Source: a virus
Virus record (IMG/VR): IMGVR_UViG_3300047476_001180
Span: 2,603 to 66,602 of that record
Length of the DNA: 64,000 bases
Strand: one strand, 5' to 3'
In this document: positions 55,816 to 63,326 of the stretch, piece after piece
How positions within the stretch are numbered: the stretch's first letter is position 1
How the letters are laid out: every line of letters starts with the position of its first letter
Program-made: the position numbers and the translations under genes
Notes under the pieces: generated by a model
What the model was told of the DNA's origin: nothing
Database searches by the model: none
What the model saw: only the letters and a program-made list of their open reading frames with translations

Positions 55816-56826
55816 TTAGAAGGTGAAACCCATTTCTTCGATTTTGTTTTTATATGCTTTGCCAGTCTTTGTCAATGCAAGATGACCGTTATTTTCAACT
55901 TTCATAACATTCATATTGCACGCATACGCAATAGCTTTTGTTAAAACACCCTCAAGGGCTGGCACCATTGCAGTAATTCGCATCTTGCTTACAGTAGAAT
56001 TACCCAATTTTGAAATCATTTCAACTTCAGCTTTATTGAAACCGAGCGGGAACATTTCCTGCTGTCGAAGTGCTTCTAAGACAATATCGCGGCTAATGGT
56101 CGTAGTTCCTTGTGAAATACAGAGGGGGAGAATGCTATCATTTAGAAGATTTACAATAGGGCGAGCCGTTCCCCTACCACATCCAGAGATCAGTGCAAGG
56201 ATTTTATCATCCTCCACAGTCAAATTGTACTTGGAAACCAAAAGTTTTGCAATTTGCAGAATTTCCTGATTATTGTAAAGAGATAGGTTGAAAGTCTGCC
56301 AGCGGCTTAGAATAGCAGGATCGACTTTTCCCGCTTGATTTGTCCCTAGGATAATCACTTTATTCGAACGATCCGGGACAAAGAAATTAGAACCAACTTG
56401 AATAGATGTTCCGATTTTAGAAGGATCACCCATCTTCATAAGAAAAGATTTCAGATAAAGATGGGAAACTTGATTAGGTTTCATTTCATGCACCTCATCA
56501 AGGAAAAGCACAAAACTAGCTTCAGACTCTAAACGAGCGAACCACTTGTCGAAATCAACTTTCAAACGAATTTCTTCTGGATTCTCCACGCGAATGAAAG
56601 GAACTTTGAGAATGCTAGCCAGTTCTCGACCATAGATTTCAGCAAGATTAGTTTTACCGAGCCCAGCTTCGCCAAGCAGCAACGGCCAAGTGAGCGCAAT
56701 TTTTTCTCCTGTCTCAACCATCCTCGCGGCATTGGAGAGACTGAGGGAAAATGCACTTTTAACGTTGTTTTGACCGACGACTCCGGCGAATGCTGGATGA
56801 AAAGGGGATTCAATAGGGTTTGGCAT
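55816..56826 (-). CDS. ruvB: RuvB-like AAA+ ATPase
   Basis: VVGQNNVK, Walker A GEAGLGKT, Walker B FLDEVH, LSRW, GRGTAR, PLGF, C-terminal winged-helix-like LTKTG. Start MPNPIES after promoter 56836..56863. Confidence 0.8.
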   Translation of the reverse strand: MPNPIESPFHPAFAGVVGQNNVKSAFSLSLSNAARMVETGEKIALTWPLLLGEAGLGKTNLAEIYGRELASILKVPFIRVENPEEIRLKVDFDKWFARLESEASFVLFLDEVHEMKPNQVSHLYLKSFLMKMGDPSKIGTSIQVGSNFFVPDRSNKVIILGTNQAGKVDPAILSRWQTFNLSLYNNQEILQIAKLLVSKYNLTVEDDKILALISGCGRGTARPIVNLLNDSILPLCISQGTTTISRDIVLEALRQQEMFPLGFNKAEVEMISKLGNSTVSKMRITAMVPALEGVLTKAIAYACNMNVMKVENNGHLALTKTGKAYKNKIEEMGFTF

Positions 56827-57032
56827 AGGACTTATATAGTGGCGAGATTTTAGACTTTTGCAAGGGGTTTTTGTTACTTTTTTATCAATCAATAAAAGTG
56901 AGGATCATATTAAAATCGGTATCATATCGTCTTGGGTGCCCGTATTCACTAAAAAATCTATTTACTTTCAGTTATAGAAATTATAATAGATTTTAATATT
57001 TAATTAGGCTTATTGTTGATTGTTATGAATGA

Positions 57033-57278
57033 TTAATTGTTATTAAATGAAATTTTATTAAAATCGATTTTAACAATGTACCAATAATTTCCGACAGCTT
57101 TAATTAGTTCGGTATTAAACGGCAAACGATTTGTTACATAATCGAAATAATGTTTTTCATCGCGAGCTAGTTCTTGTTCTTCTCGTAGTAAAGCTTCTTG
57201 CGGAGATAGATGAACAATTTTTTCTTTACATCCACTTAAAAAAATAATACCGGATAGTAATATGATTAAGATTTTCAT
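57033..57278 (-). CDS. Small lipoprotein
   Basis: MKILIILLSGIIFLSG-C lipobox. Confidence 0.7.
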   Translation of the reverse strand: MKILIILLSGIIFLSGCKEKIVHLSPQEALLREEQELARDEKHYFDYVTNRLPFNTELIKAVGNYWYIVKIDFNKISFNNN

Positions 57279-57292
57279 TTTCGAAAAATTGA

Positions 57293-57592
57293 TTATTTTT
57301 GTTGTTCTGGAAGAGGAGCAATCGTTACTATACCGTTAAACTGGTAACGAAATAAGAATCTTGTACCTTTGATTCGAACAACCTTCCAATCATTTGACAT
57401 CGTTTCCTCGATGATCGCGCCTTCTGGTAATCCACGCATGTCGATTGTAGGTTCATCGATATGTTTTTGGGTTTGTTCTTTTGCTGATGTGTTGATCACT
57501 AAAATCCATCCAAGGACTGTGCAAAATACAACTAACAGTACTACCTTCATCATATAGCAGTCCGATTCACTATCTGGTATGTTTTTTGGCAT
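57293..57592 (-). CDS. Membrane/secreted small protein
   Basis: Hydrophobic segment VVLLVVFCTVLGWILVI; the true start may be the internal MM. Confidence 0.65.
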   Translation of the reverse strand: MPKNIPDSESDCYMMKVVLLVVFCTVLGWILVINTSAKEQTQKHIDEPTIDMRGLPEGAIIEETMSNDWKVVRIKGTRFLFRYQFNGIVTIAPLPEQQK

Positions 57593-57620
57593 AATATTTT
57601 AAATTGGTGAATTTTTATTT

Positions 57621-57698
57621 TGGTAGGAGAGACAGGATTCGAACCTGCATTGATCCTTTACGGTACTACGCATTAGAAGTGCGTTCCGATACTCTCCC
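57621..57698 (-). tRNA. D-armless tRNA-like RNA, anticodon UCU (Arg), long variable region
   Basis: GGGAGAG/CTCTCCT acceptor, 7-nt connector TATCGGA, ACGCA-CTTCTAA-TGCGT, GCAGG-TTCGAAT-CCTGT, CCA. Confidence 0.8.
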
Positions 57699-57707
57699 GT
57701 AGAAATC

Positions 57708-57908
57708 TTACATAAAATAATCAACGGGATCATAGTCCAGTACAACTTCTGAGTTGTCAACAATAAGCATTGTGCCTTTGGGAAATTCTTTACAGGGGTT
57801 TGTTAATTCGACTTCCACAGAATGTGAATTAATGACCTTAATCCGTCCATTACCGTACCAGTGCCCGTCTAACTTAAAGGTAATTAGTTGATTATAGGAG
57901 AATTTCAT
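57708..57908 (-). CDS. Small hypothetical protein
   Basis: 66-aa beta-rich ORF in the gene run. Confidence 0.65.
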   Translation of the reverse strand: MKFSYNQLITFKLDGHWYGNGRIKVINSHSVEVELTNPCKEFPKGTMLIVDNSEVVLDYDPVDYFM

Positions 57909-57914
57909 GGTGAT

Positions 57915-58295
57915 TTATTTCGCGGCCTCTGATGATAAGCGAGGATATTCGTATGTCAAGCGTGTTTCTTTATCTTTCCACGTTTCACGATAAGTTTTAA
58001 AAGGTGTTTCAATCTTTGCAGTTTCCCAACCATCAAATTTATATCCAAAATAAACTTCGCGGGTGATTTTCATATCTTCGTCAAAGATTTGCGCATTTAA
58101 TCTCCGTCTAGTATGTTTCGAACTTCCCTGTTGGTGGAAAGAAATAACTGTTACAGGAACGTATTTAGATTCAATTAGAATCCTGTCAGGCTCTTTCATG
58201 CAAGGAGTTAAATTTATTAAAAAATACACGAAAATTGCAAAAGGAAATATAAAAATTCCGAGGATCGAAAAGAGAAATATATTATCGGTTTTCAT
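57915..58295 (-). CDS. Membrane-anchored hypothetical protein
   Basis: N-terminal TM segment. Confidence 0.7.
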   Translation of the reverse strand: MKTDNIFLFSILGIFIFPFAIFVYFLINLTPCMKEPDRILIESKYVPVTVISFHQQGSSKHTRRRLNAQIFDEDMKITREVYFGYKFDGWETAKIETPFKTYRETWKDKETRLTYEYPRLSSEAAK

Positions 58296-58301
58296 AAAAA
58301 T

Positions 58302-58499
58302 TCAAATTCGTGAAGGATAATCGCCGTCAACGGAAATACTCTTTTGAGAAAGTTGTACTCCGAGATTTAATAAAACATCCCGCAAAATACGAGAAATGTC
58401 ATCGCCTGATTGCCAACCACGAATAAGTTGTCCTTCATCGTCATAAATTGCATAACAATCTGATTCACTATCAGTTCCTAGTGTATAGTTCTTGGGCAT
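58302..58499 (-). CDS. Hypothetical protein (MPKNYTLGTDSESDCY...)
   Basis: ORF directly after a tRNA 3' end. Confidence 0.65.
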   Translation of the reverse strand: MPKNYTLGTDSESDCYAIYDDEGQLIRGWQSGDDISRILRDVLLNLGVQLSQKSISVDGDYPSRI

Positions 58500-58511
58500 A
58501 ACGTTTTAAAT

Positions 58512-58652
58512 TGGTGGCTCTGGTAAGGTTCACACTTACATCATCTTTGATCATGAGTCAAAGGCTTTCTTCTCATGGTGGAAGTTTGTTGACATCGGTT
58601 TGGATTTTCACCATTCCTTTCGTTTTGGTTGTCCTCTTTAAGCTACAGAGCG
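58512..58652 (-). tRNA. 141-nt tRNA-like RNA, anticodon CAU, with 72-nt D-loop
   Basis: GCTCTG/CAGAGC acceptor with C1:C72 mismatch, GCTT/AAGC D stem, TTTGA-CTCATGA-TCAAA, GTAAG-TGTGAAC-CTTAC, ACCA. Confidence 0.75.
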
Positions 58653-58848
58653 AATTATTATTTAACTGAAATAGAATAGTTCAGGGTCGATTCTCTATCA
58701 AACCATCCAGTCTTTTTAATCCTCAATACTTCAACAAAAATCCTGATACGTTCTTTAATTTCAAAAGATGCGCCATAAAAGGCACTACACGGGAAACGCT
58801 ATAGTGATCCTCGATGAAGTATCTATCAATAAGAACAAGTTTATTCAT

Positions 58849-59193
58849 TTATGCTTTAATGTTGTGCTCCTTTTCGAGCTTTTCGAGACAAGCTTTCACG
58901 CCATATTTACGGCAGAAACGGTCTTTCCAATAACAATTAGAAAGCACTTCGACTTTCATGTCATCTTTGATAAGAGTCATTTTAGTTGCACCACCGTACA
59001 ATTTAATACCATAATGTTCATACATACCAATTTCACACCGAAGATCAATATCAGGGACAAGCTCATCTTCATAATCTTTTCGGAAATGTTCAATTCTGAT
59101 ATGGTACCCCTGATCTTTGAGGGATTTCAGGGAAGCATCATTCTTTGGTGCTTTTTTCGAGACTTTTGCTTTGCGGAGTGTTGTTTGGTTCAT
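58849..59193 (-). CDS. Hypothetical phage protein
   Basis: GYHIRIEHFR...GGAT...C..KDRFCRKYG pattern; start set at MNQTT. Confidence 0.7.
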   Translation of the reverse strand: MNQTTLRKAKVSKKAPKNDASLKSLKDQGYHIRIEHFRKDYEDELVPDIDLRCEIGMYEHYGIKLYGGATKMTLIKDDMKVEVLSNCYWKDRFCRKYGVKACLEKLEKEHNIKA

Positions 59194-59282
59194 AGTTTTA
59201 ATGGTTTTGTAAGATAGAAAAGTCCTGTCAACGAACATACCAATATCATAAAATGGTTCGAATGGTTCGCGCGTTCTCATGA

Positions 59283-59483
59283 TTATACTTTGTCGTGGTG
59301 GTCTGTCAAATGCTTTTTGAGAAATTTATTAGTTTCACGAATAGGATTATTACTTTTCATATATGCATCCAGAATTCGATCACGTTCATCGAGAATACCC
59401 TCTTTATACCAAAAATCTTTAGTAAGTTTCATGGTAATTGAAACCAAAATCACTACAGGAAGAAAAATTGCAAGAAATAGCAT
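59283..59483 (-). CDS. Small single-TM protein
   Basis: Hydrophobic N-terminus. Confidence 0.65.
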   Translation of the reverse strand: MLFLAIFLPVVILVSITMKLTKDFWYKEGILDERDRILDAYMKSNNPIRETNKFLKKHLTDHHDKV

Positions 59484-59486
59484 ATA

Positions 59487-59741
59487 TTATTTACTTCCTA
59501 CGAGTTTATTCAAAAGGTCTTCAAATATAGTACCCTCAAGTCCTTCGATTGCATCAATAATAAATGACAAAAAAACTAAAGATATTGCTAACCAAGATAA
59601 AAATAACGCAAGACCTGGCATTAACCGCCATTTTGGAAGTTTGCGATATTTTACATATGCATTGTAAAATCTTACGAAGAGAATTGCCCCAACAACTCCA
59701 AAAAAATAAAAGAATAGTAAAGAGAAGAAAATGTTGATCAT
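59487..59741 (-). CDS. Two-TM membrane protein, paralog 3
   Basis: Y..G...A....R.YN...SWLA...KLV shared with the next two ORFs. Confidence 0.75.
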   Translation of the reverse strand: MINIFFSLLFFYFFGVVGAILFVRFYNAYVKYRKLPKWRLMPGLALFLSWLAISLVFLSFIIDAIEGLEGTIFEDLLNKLVGSK

Positions 59742-59744
59742 ATA

Positions 59745-59993
59745 TTATTTGCCTACGAGTTTATCGAAAAATCGAGAAATTTTATCCCAAATATCTGAAT
59801 TAACGACGTATGAGAAAATATCAGCAAGTATATTAATAATAACAATAACTACTGCAAGCCAAGAGAACCACACCAAGTCTCCCGATAACCTCGCCCAATA
59901 GTGTTTAAAATGATTATACATTCTAATCCACATGATAGCGGGAATCATTCCAATTAGATAGTATATTACAATAGTTAGTATGAAATCGATCAT
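59745..59993 (-). CDS. Two-TM membrane protein, paralog 2
   Basis: YLIGMIPAIMWIRMYN...FSWLA...FFDKLVGK. Confidence 0.75.
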   Translation of the reverse strand: MIDFILTIVIYYLIGMIPAIMWIRMYNHFKHYWARLSGDLVWFSWLAVVIVIINILADIFSYVVNSDIWDKISRFFDKLVGK

Positions 59994-59994
59994 G

Positions 59995-60231
59995 TTATTT
60001 ATATTTTACAAGTTTGTCGAAGAATTGTGAAATTTTCAAATTTTTATGAATTAGATATATAACATGTACTATCACACAGACAATACCGTATAGAACTGCT
60101 AACCAAGAAAAGTATAGTGCGTTCCCTGTTATTTTATCAAATCGGGATTGTGTAAATGTATTATGTAAACGAATCCACATAGCGGCACAAAGCATTCCAA
60201 CCAAATAAATTATTAGAAATTTAATGAGCAT
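59995..60231 (-). CDS. Two-TM membrane protein, paralog 1
   Basis: YLVGMLCAAMWIRLHN...FSWLA...FFDKLVKYK. Confidence 0.75.
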   Translation of the reverse strand: MLIKFLIIYLVGMLCAAMWIRLHNTFTQSRFDKITGNALYFSWLAVLYGIVCVIVHVIYLIHKNLKISQFFDKLVKYK

Positions 60232-60700
60232 AATTTTAGTCTCCTACAATGTTATTCCATTCTTCAGGGGTTAAGTCGGGCATACCATCGTCCAAAAGTC
60301 TGACAAAGTCAACATGACTTTTATGAATATATAGCTCACCAGCACCATCTTCATCAAGATAAACATATAGACTTGTTTTAAAATCACCTAGAAAAATAGT
60401 GCCTTTTTTATATGTACGATCCTCTTCGCATCCAGGAAACCAAACAATAGTAGTTATTTCTTTATTTAGACGAATTTGCGCGTTCAGCTAAATCAAATCG
60501 TAAAACATCGCCAGTAATAGGCTTTTCTCTGAGTTGTTTCGCGGCTTCTATGAATTCAGTTAGAACATCGGGATCAATAAATGGCAAAGGTTCTTTCTTT
60601 GCATTTTCTTTTTTATTACTCACTACAATCCGGCCAGATATGGGCCAATTATGATTATTTGAACATGGTGTTCAGGATAATAGCGAGATATATTCCTTTG

Positions 60701-60892
60701 TCAATGCGATTCACCAGAAATATCAACAAATATTTGTTTGGTAAATTTATTGCATAGAATAGCGGTTAATACAAATAATCCGAAAACGAAAATCCAACTA
60801 ATATCCATAATTTCCCATACTTTCAGAGTTAGAAGAAAAACATTCATTCCCCATGAAAAGAGTAATAAACAAAAGTATACGACAGATTTCAT
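60701..60892 (-). CDS. Small two-TM protein
   Basis: LTLKV...ISWIFVF pattern. Confidence 0.6.
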   Translation of the reverse strand: MKSVVYFCLLLFSWGMNVFLLTLKVWEIMDISWIFVFGLFVLTAILCNKFTKQIFVDISGESH

Positions 60893-60924
60893 AAGTTTAA
60901 GATCGTTCTATCGTTGTATAATAT

Positions 60925-61158
60925 TTAGAAGATTCTTTTCCACCAAGGAAGCGGAGGATCAGGAAGTAGCACGGCACATCTATAAGAATTTAAAAAATAT
61001 TCTAATGATTCCGTGCTTGAAATCTTAAATGCGCTTTCACTATCTTGTTGCCATGCGACTTTTCCAGCATGTGCTGATAGAATCTTCACCGCAAATGTTT
61101 CATATCCATAACGAATCATCCATCGGCTTCCTACTTTGGGGATAGTTGTAGTGTTCAT
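60925..61158 (-). CDS. Hypothetical early protein
   Basis: TTGACA-17-TACTAT-ccctc-ATG upstream; ends PWWKRIF. Confidence 0.7.
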   Translation of the reverse strand: MNTTTIPKVGSRWMIRYGYETFAVKILSAHAGKVAWQQDSESAFKISSTESLEYFLNSYRCAVLLPDPPLPWWKRIF

Positions 61159-61207
61159 GAGGGATAGTAAAGGGTTAAGAGGGGTTTGTCAAGGTTTTTG
61201 TATTTTT

Positions 61208-61915
61208 ATGAAAAACTTACAAAATACTTCGGATGATGAACTACAAGAAATAATAAATTCAAATAATTCTATTAGTGCAATTCTGCGCGCATTGGATATT
61301 AGCGAAACGTGCCCATATAACAGAAAATTACTAAAAGAGAGAATGAACAATTTAGATCTGTCGATCCATAAACAAAACAAAATACATACTAACCCATTCT
61401 CTCCGATTGTTTCTAATGCTATTCCAGATGAATTGTTTTTTTTGTAAACGAGATAGTAGAGTATCAGGAACTTCTATAAAAAATAGATTAATTCGTTATA
61501 AAGATTGGATCGAAGTCTGTTCATCTTGCGGATTAGGAGATTTATGGAATGGTACAAAACTATCACTACATGTAGATCATATCAATGGTGATGGCACTGA
61601 TAATAGAATAGAAAATCTCAGATTAATATATGTTCTTGTGGAAAACATATTCATAATCGGGCAAGTCGATGTGTTGTTTGCAACGGCAAAGTTAATCAAA
61701 GAATATCATGGCCTTCAAAAGAAACTATTCAAGATGAAGTCTGGAATTATTCTATTGTCGAATATGCCAAAAAGTTAAACGTTTCCGATAATGCATTACG
61801 CAAACATTGTCAAATAAATGGAATTAAAATACCTAATGCTGCCTATTCAAGGCATTTAGTTTTAGGTAATAAAGAAGAATGCGAAAGAATCAAAAAGCTA
61901 ATTCTTTCGCATTAA
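61208..61915 (+). pseudogene. HNH homing endonuclease, frameshifted (pseudogene or sequencing error)
   Basis: N-terminal HTH (SISAILRAL), CSSC...LHVDHINGDGTDNRIENLRLI in a second frame, CSC...CVVC...WPSKE...LNVSDNALRKHC in another frame; the expected CPNCH is missing. Confidence 0.8.
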
Positions 61916-61916
61916 A

Positions 61917-62009
61917 TGGTGCGTGTGGTAGGACTCGAACCTACAAAGGGGTTTCATCCCCATACCGAATTATGAGTTCGGGCCTTTCACCAATTCAGGT
62001 CACACACGC
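61917..62009 (-). tRNA. Type-II (long variable arm) tRNA with CAU anticodon
   Basis: GCGTGTG/CACACGC, CCGAA-CTCATAA-TTCGG, variable arm GGGG/CCCC, GTAGG-TTCGAGT-CCTAC, A73-CCA. Confidence 0.88.
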
Positions 62010-62023
62010 TTTTCTAAAATTTT

Positions 62024-62107
62024 TGGTACCGCACCCCGGACTCGAACCGGGAACCGATTAAGGAGCAGATTTTAAGTCTGCTGGGTTTACCATTTCCCCA
62101 GTGCGGC
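62024..62107 (-). tRNA. tRNA-Leu (UAA)
   Basis: GCCGCAC/GTGCGGT, GCAGA-CTTAAAA-TCTGC, long variable region, CCCGG-TTCGAGT-CCGGG, A73-CCA. Confidence 0.93.
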
Positions 62108-62142
62108 ATTTTTCTCTTTCCTTCTAACTACTTACCAATCTA

Positions 62143-62634
62143 TCACACTTTCTCAACCTCTGCAACCTCTTTCTTCATTTTCTGCTCTTCCTCTAAAAGT
62201 TTTTCATCAACCTTTGCAAGCACTTTCTCTTTACTCATTTTACGTTTCTTTCTTTGAGCACCTTTAATCTTTTTCTGATAATCTTGTAAAGATTTCAAAT
62301 ATTGTGCAAGTTCTTGTTGTTGTCCTTGAATACATTCTTGTGTATATGTGATTTGAGATTCGTAAAATAGAATATCATCATCAATCTGCCCTATGATGTA
62401 TTTTTCTAATTCGATATGGGCATCACTTCTGTTTACAAAGTACACACAATAATCTTCTCGTAAATATTCACCTTCATCGCTGATATAACTTATAGAAGTC
62501 TCGTCCACATCACCGTTTGCATCAAAGGAAAGCTTAATTTTAGCGATTTTAAATCCGACAACTTTTTGTCTAGGGTGATCGACATACCAGATAATTGTTC
62601 CTATGGGATATTTTGGCGTAAAATTTAGTGTCAT
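62143..62634 (-). CDS. Hypothetical protein with C-terminal coiled coil
   Basis: PKYPIGTIIW N-terminus; start set at MTLNF after a TTGCGA promoter-like element. Confidence 0.7.
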   Translation of the reverse strand: MTLNFTPKYPIGTIIWYVDHPRQKVVGFKIAKIKLSFDANGDVDETSISYISDEGEYLREDYCVYFVNRSDAHIELEKYIIGQIDDDILFYESQITYTQECIQGQQQELAQYLKSLQDYQKKIKGAQRKKRKMSKEKVLAKVDEKLLEEEQKMKKEVAEVEKV

Positions 62635-62921
62635 GGTATTATCTACTATCAAGTGTTTTCAACCTTCGCAACAGCTTTTTCAATACTCTTTAAAGAATGA
62701 TAAAATATAAACGATTCGAAACGTCATCTACTCGTCTCGTAAGACTTCGGACTATTTGAATATAGAGTTAGCCAAATACTTCTCCTATATTCTCGTATTT
62801 CTTATTATTTTATCACTCTTTAAAGAATATTTTATTAAATTTAGAGAACTGTTTCATCCTGCACGTCACAGTTTTTATGTGCAAACTCTAAATTTAATAA
62901 AATACTTCAAACATTATAAAT

Positions 62922-63296
62922 CTAGTCTGAATCCTGTTCCTCATCCAGTTGCAACCTAGAATCTTGGAGTATTTTGCAGTTCAAATTATTTCCCCGCGTC
63001 ACAGCCCCAGCGTTCTGCCCACTACCTCCGCACGCATCGCACGTTCGGTAGTATGGCCCTGATTGGATTTCGACTTGCCCGCTACCCCAGCATGTGCGGC
63101 AGCGGCGTCTTGCTTCATCGGCCTTCCACTTCTCACGCATTCGATCCACGGTATGGCAGATGTCGTTTAGCTCTGAGTCCAGCAGCGTGAGGTTGTGATT
63201 CTGGCTCATGTGCTCGAACAGCACCCAAAAGGCAGAACCAGTCATGGCACCCAACCCTGCGGGCTGGTGGTCGTCGTTTGTGTTTTCAATGCTCAT
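62922..63296 (-). CDS. Small protein with DnaJ-type CxxCxGxG zinc finger
   Basis: CRTCWGSG and CDACGGSG; GC-rich coding; ATG lies inside an attC-like hairpin. Confidence 0.65.
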   Translation of the reverse strand: MSIENTNDDHQPAGLGAMTGSAFWVLFEHMSQNHNLTLLDSELNDICHTVDRMREKWKADEARRRCRTCWGSGQVEIQSGPYYRTCDACGGSGQNAGAVTRGNNLNCKILQDSRLQLDEEQDSD

Positions 63297-63326
63297 TCGC
63301 AGCCCTCCGGGTTGGTGCATTCGATT
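62991..63326 (+). mobile_element. Integron-cassette-like fragment flanked by attC-like sequences
   Basis: GC-rich island; GTTCTGCC at 63012 and GGCAGAAC at 63231; imperfect hairpin 63244..63320 with unpaired single bases. Confidence 0.55.

Noticed and set aside
2056-56892. Upstream-extended starts in the ORF track (2056, 5251, 6548, 6464, 11688, 14490, 26569, 49505, 56892)
   Set aside because: The extensions run through promoter boxes or overlap neighbouring genes; downstream ATG/GTG starts fit the conserved promoter-to-start spacing.
54540-62030. Theta (HDV-like) ribozymes after tRNA 3' ends
   Set aside because: All tRNAs encode CCA and are followed by A/U-rich trailers without the nested pseudoknot pattern.
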